Source: a virus
DNA length: 64,000 nucleotides
Virus record (IMG/VR): IMGVR_UViG_3300030110_003594
Span: 1-64,000 of that record
Strand: one strand, 5' to 3'
Below are positions 38,901 through 46,000 of this stretch, piece after piece (the first letter of the stretch is position 1; the number at the start of each line of letters is the position of its first letter). The translations under genes were made by a program, and so were the position numbers. Under the pieces are notes generated by a model. That model made no database searches, had not been told where the DNA came from, and was given only the letters and a program-made list of their open reading frames with translations.

Positions 38901-39559
38901 TAAGTTTCATTATCTGCAAAAGGATGAAATCCTAGATCTGCAAATCTAGGGTGTCTATAATATCTATCTAAATTATATCTTCTAGCACTATAATAAAAAG
39001 GATCTTTATATCCAGGTGTCATATTAGGCTTAGTTGCTTTTGTAAATTCAACAGCATGAGATAAATAAGCTTTTATTCCGTTTGAAGTACTAAGATCTGG
39101 AATACCACTACTTTGTCTAAAAGGATCATAGTCTGTTCCTGATCTTCCAGGAAATAAACTATCTAAATCATTATTAGAAAATAAAGCAGGATATTTATTT
39201 AAATCAACAGCAGCAGCATCTATCATATCTCTGAAGGGTTGATTTATTTCTAGATTAGGCATCCCTTGTGTTTGAATTGCATCATTTACTGCATCATCAA
39301 AAAGTATAGGATCATAACTACCCATATCTGGATATGCATTATCAAAATTTACTACATCAGTACCAGGTCCTTCTATTTTTGTTAATCTAGAAGGTTGTAA
39401 ATTAGAAAGATCCATTTCTGGATCTACCATTGAAGAAGGAGATAATGGTTGATCAATATCAGGTGATGGTTGTACATCATCTGTATTAACTGGTGAAGTC
39501 ATGTTTAATGCTTCTTCAGTTATATTTCCGCTATCTTCAAAATTAGTTTGATCTGCCAT
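23963..39559 (-). CDS. giant virion-packaged crAss-like RNA polymerase polyprotein (5198 aa)
   Basis: GTRIPSQDKHS (about 27330) and SGADFDIDK (27206-27220) match phi14:2 gp66-type catalytic motifs; zincin YHEAFH at about 32470. Confidence 0.88.
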   Translation of the reverse strand: MADQTNFEDSGNITEEALNMTSPVNTDDVQPSPDIDQPLSPSSMVDPEMDLSNLQPSRLTKIEGPGTDVVNFDNAYPDMGSYDPILFDDAVNDAIQTQGMPNLEINQPFRDMIDAAAVDLNKYPALFSNNDLDSLFPGRSGTDYDPFRQSSGIPDLSTSNGIKAYLSHAVEFTKATKPNMTPGYKDPFYYSARRYNLDRYYRHPRFADLGFHPFADNETYYQANSSKWDNFTRTRGQWSATFGPAFTSGWRSIGDMFSGDITQADMLGAQTMDDAMRIGRSGSGGTRGFFNDLFLNSSYTMGIISSIALEEAVLAAATYFSGGAASGVAAARTGANAIRLGKLFTTLKGMSTGGAKMLQKLKSFDNAKAFWQAAKTGGRALGMGMARFFGPETLYQLKAIRTSAKAGDNLTQMAKASRLAGGFYRDLRAVNLAWAESKMEGGLVEMEMREELYKEVMNMKDGEDPSVEEMEMIVSDARAAAFTTQLTNLPIIFLSNKLVLDGALRGFRPLGQLMDQSLSRVYKSAAKGAKNPFKEFGREWIIGENMRRMWKAGFKGSFKHMGATALKYSTANLAEGVQELSQEATANGVKAYYKSLYDSPMGIDLDVKLADMTEDYQNARKSWIGDYDYTDRPTAMSVMDAVKRGVGSQMSGQGLHTFMSGFLMGGLVQGPQKFLMQTTPNLFRWGKDKVMGTTEFADYRAKRDEQVANTVERLNKIYNDPSQYFDIKKLNAMTQKELNSAMFEAAGANDITSFMDFNDHSIFSHLYTVMASGQLHHFKDQMKDFQKLDDVALKEAFSSVSSTPQKIRGRIDRMLNRMDEIETNYNKLKDEYVNPFDPKRYKKGTRKYHEEEIKSFAFENAKMMMMFTKDTFEQSLIRANDIYDSLSSDPVLKSISATDIAALTTREGLIKELALLKKELALEAKTPEEKELQKKKKKKLELLQNYYDVIMAPENQAYTNGQMYYDQREQDGVVYRTKSRNIGRFDKRKIKKLKPAFVAYLQFLAETNDDFVVNEKLDETLKKIVDWNYLKGRATDYHKAMSVLMDPSNLNEVTERLSDIMKSVWESHRDKNNLLLRVKKYYAHKERMEFIKALAEKGIQPDPVQTKKFFEDGTMPTEYFDDQGKITKESDPTSWTIIEGFQQNLREAQRVDKAEKTDETSEERQESEQTKNEEASDENQEPDFDSIVGRSKYQQFYMQDKGTQEIIDNAYLEYKKGWSSEQGPLLDKNKWVASDKGGKNIIKSRYELNEMYQAESAEVKEKNPTLDDWIIANQRNPLVIGTNGILTKNGVSISDVSTILSKDKGLKKDKLQSNEKVINTDKATGITVIETTIYDEDTNKPSVYYSIVDTSTPGTSAVNVVDKYKNLDPNNKFIKRTYAKKADALAALKYLLNNMPQDGTFEFAGQTFSTTDIIVDSGGKEWMVRSNPRMIRNNNNLYIVPIDKAKSKKGEDDRRYLTEQEFKNEKWKKKGDEQVDLTSSLTTKLTAYEPIKIYPFDGGKVLPGYTLHNMYPTPEDVDQQFQDNLKNLTPEQRNNLTLLVERNPNYDKFKKDLESGNLKFKPANENYSVNELIKQGQNEFEVTIMSGNKPIGKLMGLGVSILFDTDGSVIVGSQITTEQAKRLFIIPKGQDANEIAARIRRNYAKAELITKELSDKLEGSQASKIKISELKNIELNVTRGYTGYRIDSKGNPTLKGKNASTPWADLDENSNTYEGEILIYDTRRSRTTGRRASSRMWTIDPGSKKGRKIDNEILNALQARGLNSVGDLNMGRYVQVIKLPNGDIHFFELKVDRFPNEAIADIAQDIKNKQQEILKHNLKDGKYIDKPASKAFVERINQELNESFYILSDVVGDDVSIFFNEFGQLIFKVEREQMLLAEGITRTIALDAAIMEGVVSAETFVETLNANWKANEKDEKALHKKTGKGEFVEMPITVKTDSFTPNLPKNISDPMDLINAGVSARVIPDIVWGQIADLNYTNDVNIANQLSGFKIDQTQEDSSEEFYDKEIERQNENPRYKDDQIPVGTEEFTYTFEDGVTTIKYKAKTYLDGSVIFEQWNEKAEMWGPASKKLNIKADENITALEALDNLNPKDTVTSDKVNDYKTVMNPKMWDRLSPDQQNRIDPDRTGAETPVTNEIFQDLMQKEFENIPDGIINAIRKKLITGDKLSTQEQMIVKAWEESHGQSLVSDNEISSEDAATQKDEEGNQAESDNPDIITKIEDKKKEIAAKKRQLENEYRAQIKEANPTISKGKLNLQVEDMLDVSEELSKLNSELTKLESQLGYKVVDNFDSRDVEDINIFLEWAQRNLPDFINIQDVDGLARRLKANGITLGAFVMSLKNVSDGIESLRGHIYTGRQTSYRYHEAFHGVFRMLLTEQEIKKYLSLAKTDVLKQMRSAKGYEILPGTFVKTMEQARSILKGLSKSYAVLNDKDLNDRVFEEYLADEFEKFKTNPRSSRASSEVKSLFTRILEWIKSIFIAPNNLEYNALFTSIDSGKFKNAAIQENRFTLSAMEGLTGLAELDNEVKTGIPSNLALKAIKKGKPIASPRPVIKDGKIIPDGRIVYINNYFNQEETNGIVAQIGANYMQKVDEISQQKDFDGQYNPKQILEETVNEYNHQYNPKRSTINAQGEEEFFYADRDNWSDFKDRLKERHESLVKYKDDVINSVNEYLTLFDMDATQELEILEKTDMSPDGSVKTTEEYESAANEIGGFKSLSKSVRKFLATQTKQVKDEFTGELVSVPVDYITAYNALMKSLAGITNPQIMLVKLKLFAQSSPDASAVINAIFDRINMSNVTLEELIEGEFKFKQITNASFFQGILKAFSQFRTDYLYIETDTTKGLVNIFKANHRDDASTQTDKWQENYTTKLEKLNNDPKAVSAAQTPWGSIQFLAGKKRISEKQLDSKSREIADEIFNTIGIKLSYLTVKFMILNNGITNKTKAQSQFVKTFSGELLEFNLDDVNEIEVAISNHGLTKSGLQKGNLFYDMSDESIENNEEEVNAEGTDVKSKIKKLAQLNAIFDDTVGATVFRNPEGKLIYAHQMPTYNLEKVAELNSEHALDDLMSEDAFLSSNYLLDDPRFRQLAIDGKLRVSRVSGQKLVELEEHEQGFKSSNGIDLDKKAISFGDSTPKDFLSQMMNLYLSSYNNMNGKVEETKYETFDDNGTKITNKFTTSLTNITVISESNTADFVPLPIIFSVELNDGKSELTDEYVNKIENEIENEYNRIDREVNEKEGYTEDEIKGYNDFNPNNINDKNNKKDRAAKFNKTKELLKSKSQKTEALRKVGEEIKITAGPQEIEGLNQDGGAKILLREGKVITKLGLNQGETVLTPVYTLKNKIPSEVMYAITYRGVQSAESYSIDQIKELLGNDISDIKSAKNNQQVSLGAETYYVRTAKQRDWLKGTTSYGVMEIVPQSELEIEKTTIGDVEVVTDNSIIEALQNLAREGELTYSEAKKKIKEDTGVDITELVKTRLMQEFDEFNTIIGTGGTQAINQVDSRLLNQLKTSEGKTNRNTKKSMDLLNLKVNNPDNHNLKQIFFNDYLNRMSIKQILLGDASMSFKDAVDEIKRMKAVNAAGPNASSVVASPYRYDENDNIIGGHGVNHATKHISLVTLTDIETPPKYGGKGKEGAPVTETDAQMWITPKAFRYMMFGFGSLTTAQSRILDRIEAGEDISIDEFYGSGLTKQGYKELDAIINSKKLVYADGKTFLKMSAFVLTKALSSDPATEFATALPGREAMHNLRIKLEKIEQDGEETIAIAAPESASKMIKKNIISNERAFDSNPELRPEDITDLDARWMRLQQINPSNKQIIIDPTQIKQLITSEQDDSVEVMFAGKMTSIGKIRQIYNDAISNRVEIKYLNRRNLIFDFQKGQDELQESIRLGEVTPDLQAFLMYAQESLAASGSSPQFMELFETDSTGAPKFDLNNPITINKFQELFMSFFTKSVLSEKVNGESVALVSGVGMKVIKKVIELDPVTEQPSRWEVIRMDDYKNLKNRPEIDFLDWSDKENKTFNGIKVNDLYVDELKANVKEYDENGNETGLVYSEFMMPAYHQDLKNVKTGEMIPDVVSKGFGTRIPSQDKHSSVNLKLVDFMPVFYGSSGVFPPDLIEISGADFDIDKLYIQFKEFYRKDGEFVEYGKTENDNEQYQEYLEYTIKESRKKGTTLNMATKVWNSRGNIVDPVLERKEELPSAAIIGALRILNMPVTFDEFIQYKRKHNRVPYTAAQSNIALDAKYALQGNEGMTKGRNGRKVGLAYEPANLDPLEEVWNFIAGLKDEDGNVIIEAALPELAEQVKEEGVMVDNMVGMYRAWKNNKEGARSIGAIVLPNIIFNMLKENKINLRQTNNKGFPILGGNIELNGVKYKSFKGDYTIDPNTGKPDKTNPYTRKQNIISALVTAATDNAKERLLAKLGLNKDALAVVGNLVSIGVDIQTSILLVNQPDIKFMYSLAANKDKPTDPGINGLLKSELVAIEETDSLAAANAKKINVTTDLLMKHIRGEELKTHERYAILKQFQQARELKTYTGHIQALATKVAGLDRGMKEMYDSFESFDKLGIELNQAQFSKDFKIPFDARILFKGNNFQSTYYKIFKNIQQLTPSIFITETNEFRKLQMSIVSNMDSSARTPERIEKVKKDILSYIIGKAYTKYLEETGRAQLIESLQNGMIYDEFAGEGLTINKVIGNIQDYLRGEKQSNYFIDNFIFKKDTKNPNNKSGINQAVMNTWSKLSPTQVTNLQNSLRDLYAIPTIRKDVVHLIHYLLVKDGLQYSQGSFLSIIPAPLLDEILMVTKGVNDLFNSESISKQQYKNLFGIDFNEMVNEITEGYMQSRNNVYFAKEIKVTKFGVQKYLSKKKDMDDVQEETEEITETEEEVLGRKKTANKPIIYDQDSGTLEIRLFKQRGRKKKTKKGKHREIPKGSTFEKTLQTTGIELIDEKINDKTVKVMVTPVVVKMNIGTRKKPDYRMFMLEEVYSSKKIEKTDISDPNYTPQMINFDQEFGLVTGHRVVYREFKPFGSMQQNGMGFMWGDRSTYEYLQEQLEKKDAAVNDGKEASIIDKIAGQDQKPPKKVGPGTNTSVEATNDSVKFTETTTDTETKPVYLSKLEKMSKEGTVFTGKGVDINTFKKNMAMDENTKTPTENKELTEFYENLSKVQKAMIARTIKEGGLDISTPEELIEEFNHPNNMDSVEEMKERLKKCYTN

Positions 39560-39570
39560 ACTGAAGGTTT

Positions 39571-42500
39571 TTATTTAGAGTTTTTCTGATTCCAAAGAGT
39601 TTTCTTGGTTACGTTTTCTTTTGCAATATTCATTAAATACTGATCCATATTTACAACTAAAGCATCTAATTGATTTGCATCAACATCTAATATTATACTT
39701 GTAACATCATTAGCTGTAATTGCTCCTGTTTTTTCATCAAATAAATATGTTGTAGTTTCTTGTACATATTGTCCTTTTGAATTTGGATATATTGTATAAC
39801 TACCACCATTTAAAACAGGAAGACTATTATAAAATCCATCATCTTTAATCATTAGATCTGCATAAGATAATAATTGATTTGTAGATTTATAAGGATTGCT
39901 ATCTGCAGTTTTTGGTATTGTTATTGTAATACCATGCTTTTTAAAAGTTTCAAATGCATCTTCATCAAAGTTATCACCCACTCCAAAATAATCTTTATAT
40001 GTATTTGCATAATTTGCACCTACTCTTACATTATATCCAGCTATATCTGTTTCTTGATCAGGACCACCCACCTTTTCTACATATGTAGTATTTATATAAG
40101 GTCTACCTTTTGTCTTATCTATTACACCAGTATTTATCTGAAACATTATAGCTTCATATACTGACTTAACATTTTCCATTTGGCTTTCATCTACACCTTC
40201 TTTACCTTTTGTTATTTGTGTAGTAGTCTTATCTAAATTATTTCCAAGACTAAATGTATATCCATCAGCTGATGCTGATAATTCTTGAGTAGCATTTAAA
40301 AGAGATTTTATTTGATTTAAAGCTATAGTTGATGGAGATGCTGCATCATACGTTGTACTATATGTAGTATATCCTGCTTCTCCAACACCTTCTTCTGGTT
40401 GACCAATTAGCTGACCTCTTAAATTATAAACATGACCTAACTCAGGTGCATCTGCTGATCCCATTATAGCATTCATATTTTTCATAATTCCATCATAATA
40501 GTCAGCACCATCTTCTATTGCTTTTTCACGGTTAAATTGCCATGCAGTATCTAGATCTTCCATGTCCATTACTTCATTTCCACTAGTAGCAGATACATAG
40601 TCATCATCCCAATAATTCCAAGCAATATGCTCTTTATCAGTTCCAGTTATAGGAATCCAGTAATCTCTCTTCTTTCTTAAAAAGAAATCATAATCATGTT
40701 TATCTTTATTAACATTATTATCTGCACTAAGTTGAGCTCTTTCATTTGCGTCAAGTCCCACCATATCTGCAAATATAGATTGGTATTCTTCTTTAGTAAC
40801 AAATCTTCTTACTGGAGAACCTTTACCATCTAATATAGGTTCAATTATTTGACCATTATTTTTCATCTCTACAACTTCCCACCATTGATTACCTTTTCTT
40901 AGTGCATCTATTTCTCCTTGTGTTAATAATACTGGTGGAATTGAATTTTCTTGTCCTTGATATGTAGATGAATTTATTGTTTCTTTATCTACAGTTAAAG
41001 CATAATCATGTACTGTATTATATACTTTATTCATCTCTTCAACCTTTTCATTAAATCTTGTTCTTCCCTCTATTATACTTTTATATTGTTGATGAAGATT
41101 TGAAACTACTGATGGATCTTTTATATTTAATTTTGCTAGATCATAATTTAATTGTGATCCATTTTCTGTTGTAATAAGATTAGTATATTTATCTCCTATG
41201 TTTTTTAATAGTCTATCAAATTCAGCTCTATTAGTTGAACCTGTTGTTGTAAGATCTGCCCAAGCTGTTGCTAATGGTGATGTCTTTGTTGTAGTTTTTC
41301 CTGTACCTTCATCATAGAATTGATATGTAATAGTACCTCCTTTATTTATAAATTTAGATTGTTGTAATTCTGTAGGTAATAATTCAATTGCTGTTTCTAT
41401 AAATGATATTTCACTTTTTGTTAAATTGTTACCAAGTTCTAAAGTAGCTTCATTATTTTCATTAAGTATATCTACATGAGATCTTTCTTTCTTTGAAATT
41501 TTACCATCGTTATTAGCATCATAACCTGTTAATGAACCACTTATTTCTGCACCACCTGTACCTGTAAATACGCCTCCATTTGTTAAGCCTAGTACATTAC
41601 CAGTGTTTTGACTTTCTAATGAAGATTTATATTTAGCTAATTCAATATCAGCTTGTGCTTTAATAGCTATTTTATTTAGATCATATTGATGTTGAATAGC
41701 CATTCTATTAAGATCATATCTATGTTGATGTTCCATTTTTTTAAATGGATTGGCTTCAAATGTTTGTTCAGCATCTACTTGACTATATGCTATTGCAGCA
41801 GCGTTCATTTTAGGACCCATTACACTAGCCATATATGCAGAGTATGCTTTATTCATAAGACCATCTAAATCAGATGTAGGTCCTTTTTGATTCATAATTC
41901 TACTTTTAACAGCATCTCTATTAGTCTTAGCTAATCTCATATTAAACTGTGATAGTAACCATGCTTCTTCTTCAGCTGATCCTGGAACTATACCATATTC
42001 TTTTTTATAAGCTTCCCAGTTTCTTGCTGCTATTTGTTCTTTTGTAAGTTCTGATTCTTTTTCAACCAGATCTTTCATATCTGCTTTTGTCTGTGTACCT
42101 AGTATTTCATCTGCCCATGCTTTTTTAGCATTTTCTATACTTCCATATTTTTGAATATTTTCTGGATTTTCTGCAAATTGTCTTGATCTTACTTTAGCTT
42201 CTGTTAAAAGTCCTCTCATTACAATAGGATCTTTCATTACAGTATTTTTTAAATATTCAGCAGCTGGATTTCTATATATAGGAATTGGATTATTATTATC
42301 ATCAAGCTTATATTTATCACCATATATAGGATTTCCATTAGGATCTTCTCCTATTACTTCTCTTTCATATCCAGCAATTTGTCTAGTAAGTGCTGTTCCA
42401 TTTTTAGTGGTAATAATCCAATCACCTTCTAATGTAGTTTGTTTAATAGATAGTTCACTATCTTTTAATGATTCAAAAGATCTTTCATATATATTAGGAT

Positions 42501-43011
42501 TTTCAACATAAGTAGGCATTCCTTGTTTTAATGCATCTTGTGCTGTTCCATTTTTAAAATCTTCCATTTGATATTTAAGATCTTGAACACCAACTTGCCA
42601 ATATCTATCACGTATTTCTTCACTTGGATCCGTCATATAACCATTAGCAGTTTGCATTTCTTTAGAATACAGCTTGGTAAATGCTAAATCTTTTACTACA
42701 GATTTATCTTCAAAGAAAGGTTTAAATAATCCTTTAGCAACATCTACATTTTGTTGTAATGATAGATCTGTTCCTGAAACTTGCTTTATACCATTACTTA
42801 ATCTATTAGCATATTGCTGTCTAGTACTTTCATTGTCTTCTCTAGATAGAGGTGCATAGACAACTTTGCTGTATAAATTATTAAGTGTTTTAAAATTTGT
42901 GTCATACCTGTCCTGTCTAACCGTTAATACGTCAGATAAGAATTTATAGTCTGGTTTAAATGGTTCCAGAACCGGTATATAATCTGTTACTCCTTTTATA
43001 TAAGTTGCCAT
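39571..43011 (-). CDS. large virion cargo/ejection protein
   Basis: 1146 aa, helical N-terminus (PFKPDYKFL...RQDRYD); immediately upstream of the RNAP gene as in crAss-like genomes. Confidence 0.6.
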   Translation of the reverse strand: MATYIKGVTDYIPVLEPFKPDYKFLSDVLTVRQDRYDTNFKTLNNLYSKVVYAPLSREDNESTRQQYANRLSNGIKQVSGTDLSLQQNVDVAKGLFKPFFEDKSVVKDLAFTKLYSKEMQTANGYMTDPSEEIRDRYWQVGVQDLKYQMEDFKNGTAQDALKQGMPTYVENPNIYERSFESLKDSELSIKQTTLEGDWIITTKNGTALTRQIAGYEREVIGEDPNGNPIYGDKYKLDDNNNPIPIYRNPAAEYLKNTVMKDPIVMRGLLTEAKVRSRQFAENPENIQKYGSIENAKKAWADEILGTQTKADMKDLVEKESELTKEQIAARNWEAYKKEYGIVPGSAEEEAWLLSQFNMRLAKTNRDAVKSRIMNQKGPTSDLDGLMNKAYSAYMASVMGPKMNAAAIAYSQVDAEQTFEANPFKKMEHQHRYDLNRMAIQHQYDLNKIAIKAQADIELAKYKSSLESQNTGNVLGLTNGGVFTGTGGAEISGSLTGYDANNDGKISKKERSHVDILNENNEATLELGNNLTKSEISFIETAIELLPTELQQSKFINKGGTITYQFYDEGTGKTTTKTSPLATAWADLTTTGSTNRAEFDRLLKNIGDKYTNLITTENGSQLNYDLAKLNIKDPSVVSNLHQQYKSIIEGRTRFNEKVEEMNKVYNTVHDYALTVDKETINSSTYQGQENSIPPVLLTQGEIDALRKGNQWWEVVEMKNNGQIIEPILDGKGSPVRRFVTKEEYQSIFADMVGLDANERAQLSADNNVNKDKHDYDFFLRKKRDYWIPITGTDKEHIAWNYWDDDYVSATSGNEVMDMEDLDTAWQFNREKAIEDGADYYDGIMKNMNAIMGSADAPELGHVYNLRGQLIGQPEEGVGEAGYTTYSTTYDAASPSTIALNQIKSLLNATQELSASADGYTFSLGNNLDKTTTQITKGKEGVDESQMENVKSVYEAIMFQINTGVIDKTKGRPYINTTYVEKVGGPDQETDIAGYNVRVGANYANTYKDYFGVGDNFDEDAFETFKKHGITITIPKTADSNPYKSTNQLLSYADLMIKDDGFYNSLPVLNGGSYTIYPNSKGQYVQETTTYLFDEKTGAITANDVTSIILDVDANQLDALVVNMDQYLMNIAKENVTKKTLWNQKNSK

Positions 43012-43015
43012 ATTA

Positions 43016-43023
43016 CAAAGATA
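43016..43023 (-). promoter_or_regulatory. possible Bacteroidota -7 promoter element TATCTTTG
   Basis: Matches TAnnTTTG 4 nt upstream of ATG 43011 within a 59-nt gap; the -33 element is weak. Confidence 0.35.
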
Positions 43024-43070
43024 ATAAAATTTTATAAGTTTTAAACATCATATCAATACACTTTTTAAGT

Positions 43071-46000
43071 TTAATTTCCAAACCAATTTCTTAATTCTCC
43101 TCCTTTTTTTAATATTCTGCTCTTTCTATTTGTTTCTCTTCCCCATCTTGCTGTCTTACCTCCTGGGTAACCACTTGCTATAATAGGTGCATTTTGCTGT
43201 GCAAATGTTGTATTGCTTTTACTAGTGTTAGGTATATTATACATTGGTAATCTATCCCACTGATCTTCAGGAAGTATCTTCTTAAGCTCAGTTATAGTAT
43301 TTTTATAATCCTCTAAAGATGTTTTAGGATCTTTATAGTTAGGATCTGCATAAAAAGCTTTAGGATCTGTAATATTAATCATACCTCCTGTAGAAGGATC
43401 AATATCAAACTGAGGATAAATACTATTTAGATTAGCAGTGTTTGCTCTATTAGTATAAGCAGCTTGTAACTGTGTTGTAATAGCAGCATTAGCTTTTCTA
43501 AGTGAATTATCATAGTTCTCCTCTGTTAATACAGTATTATCATATAATTGTTTTAACTCATTATTATTTAATACTTGAGTTTTATACTGTAATTCTGCAT
43601 TTTTAACTTTAATATCATTTGCTGTTTTAATATTATTAGTATGAACTTTATTCACTGCATCAGCAATTTGTGTTGCTGCTTTACCTTGTGCTGCAAGTGC
43701 TGCAGTAATACCTCTTTTACTTCCACCAAATGCTCCAGCTGCATCAGCTACTATTGAAGCTTGCTCACCTATTGCAGCAATTTCTCTAGTAGGATCATCA
43801 AATGTTGCATCAATTTGAATTTGATCATATTGAGGTGCCCATGGATAACGTTTCTTTAAACTCATTTTAGCATCCATTGCATTAGCTAATCCAAGTTCAT
43901 CTTGTAACCAGAAAGGTGTATCTTTTTTTGTTGGTGGTGGTATTTTTGTTGGTGGTATTGGTTTATCACATTTACAACTGTTAGCTGGATCCTCTTCATT
44001 GTATGGTGTCCATGTACCTCCTACCTCTACACATGCAGCTTCCATTCCTTCTGCATTTGCACATGGTGTTCCAGGAGTTTCTTCAAATTGTGACTCATAC
44101 TGTTGATTAGTTGTATTACCAAAAAAACCATCAGCTGGTGATATATTCATAGTAACTGGTTTACCATTTATATCTAAAAATTGTGTAGTCTGATCAGCAA
44201 CACCAGTTTGCATAAATTCATCATAAGATTCTTCATTCAATACTAATGCTTGTCCACCAACATAGCCTGCTTGTACATGTTTTATTTGATCTTGAGTTAA
44301 TGGTGGTAATTCTTCATTATCTGCAAAATACTTATTATACATAAAGTTAGCATCTTGTTCTTTTCCATCTTTCTTCCAAAATTTACCATCAATCTCTCTA
44401 CATCCACTTTCACCTTTTGTACATGGTACATAATTATATAATCTATCCCATGATGGGTGACTTAATTCTTCTTGAGATAAATTGTTTTTTAAATAATCAT
44501 TTTGTTTTTGGTATCTAGCATATAATTCATGATATTCATCTTCTGCTAGTGGTGTAAGTCCTTTAGTCTTTGCATAATCTGAATAAGCTCTATATCTATC
44601 AGCTCTATAACTTTCTTGATCATCTGATAAATATCTATCTGACCAAACTGAGGTTCCTCCTTGATATGTTGAAGATGTACCTTCTGTATCTTCACGTGAT
44701 ACATTAATGTTTTCTATTTTTTGATCTATAGTTTCTGTATCTATACCAAGAATAGTTTTAGCTAATTGTATTTTTACAGGATCTCCACTCTTAAGCATTT
44801 TTTCTAACTGCTTTATTTTATATGTTTTACCTTCAAACTCTATACTCTTACCTCTTTTAGCTAATGGTAATTCATCATCTACTTGATTAAAGAAATCTTG
44901 AAGATAATTTTCACCACCCATATTCATATTAATATTACTTCCACTTATAGTTCCAATTTCTGGACTGACTTCTTGTTCTAGTACTGGAGAATTTGATAAC
45001 TCAAACTTCATTTTTAATATTTCATTTTGATACCTTAATATAAGACTTTGAATATGCATTCTTGCATCTTCTGACATTTCTGGTGAAAGCATTTGTTGGT
45101 GCATTGCATTTATTTTCATTTCTGCTTGCAAAATATATTGTTTAAGAGCTTCTTTTTTGCTTAAATTTTTTGTTTCACCTTGAGGAGATACTGGAGTTCC
45201 TCCTTTTTGGAATGCCCATTGAGCTCCTACATAATATGGATTTTCTGTATTTGAATAATCTAACGGTAGTCCTACAGCTTGTCCTGGTGTAGTTGGTTGA
45301 TCTGAAGAAGTATTATCTGAATCAGGAGTTCTAAGAACATAGCCAGGTCTACCTTTTGGATCAGGATCTCCTTCATTAGGTTGATCTTGATTATCTATAT
45401 TATAAATATTTGTCATACTATTATCTGAATCTGAATCTCCATAAGTAGGTTCTTTACCATATACGTTTTTATAAGCTTCTGAATAGTTAGCATCATAACT
45501 AGATGGAGCTGGTCCACCTTTTCTAATATGATCTTCCCATATTTCAACTTTATTAGAATCTACATTACCTGTAACATTAAACATATTCATTTGTTGTTGT
45601 ATACTTGGAATATTTGATAATGTCTTATTAAATTGATCTATATTAGCTTGATAAGCTTTATTATATTGCTCTATTAATTGAGCATTTTGTGATGTTAATA
45701 CTTCAATTATTTGTTCAGAATTTAATACACTAGGATCATTATTTTCTCCTGGATTTCCTGTTTCTACTTCTGGAGCATGTAGTAATTCATCATCATATAA
45801 AGGTAGATTATAATTACTTGGATGTACATATAAATTATCTAAAGGTTGTACATATATACTATCCATATTAAAATTATAACTTGGTATACTATCATTATAT
45901 AAACCATTTTGAGCTTTAGGTAAAGGTTGTCCACCGTTTCTCATTTCATCTTTATGTAGATAACCCATTTCTTTCATACGTAAATGATCTTCATACTTTT

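Noticed and set aside
15947-39559. Inteins or self-splicing introns in nrdJ or the RNAP
   Set aside because: NrdJ is compact with contiguous motifs. I saw no C...HN/C intein ends, LAGLIDADG motifs or frame breaks in the RNAP; a diverged element cannot be fully excluded by eye.
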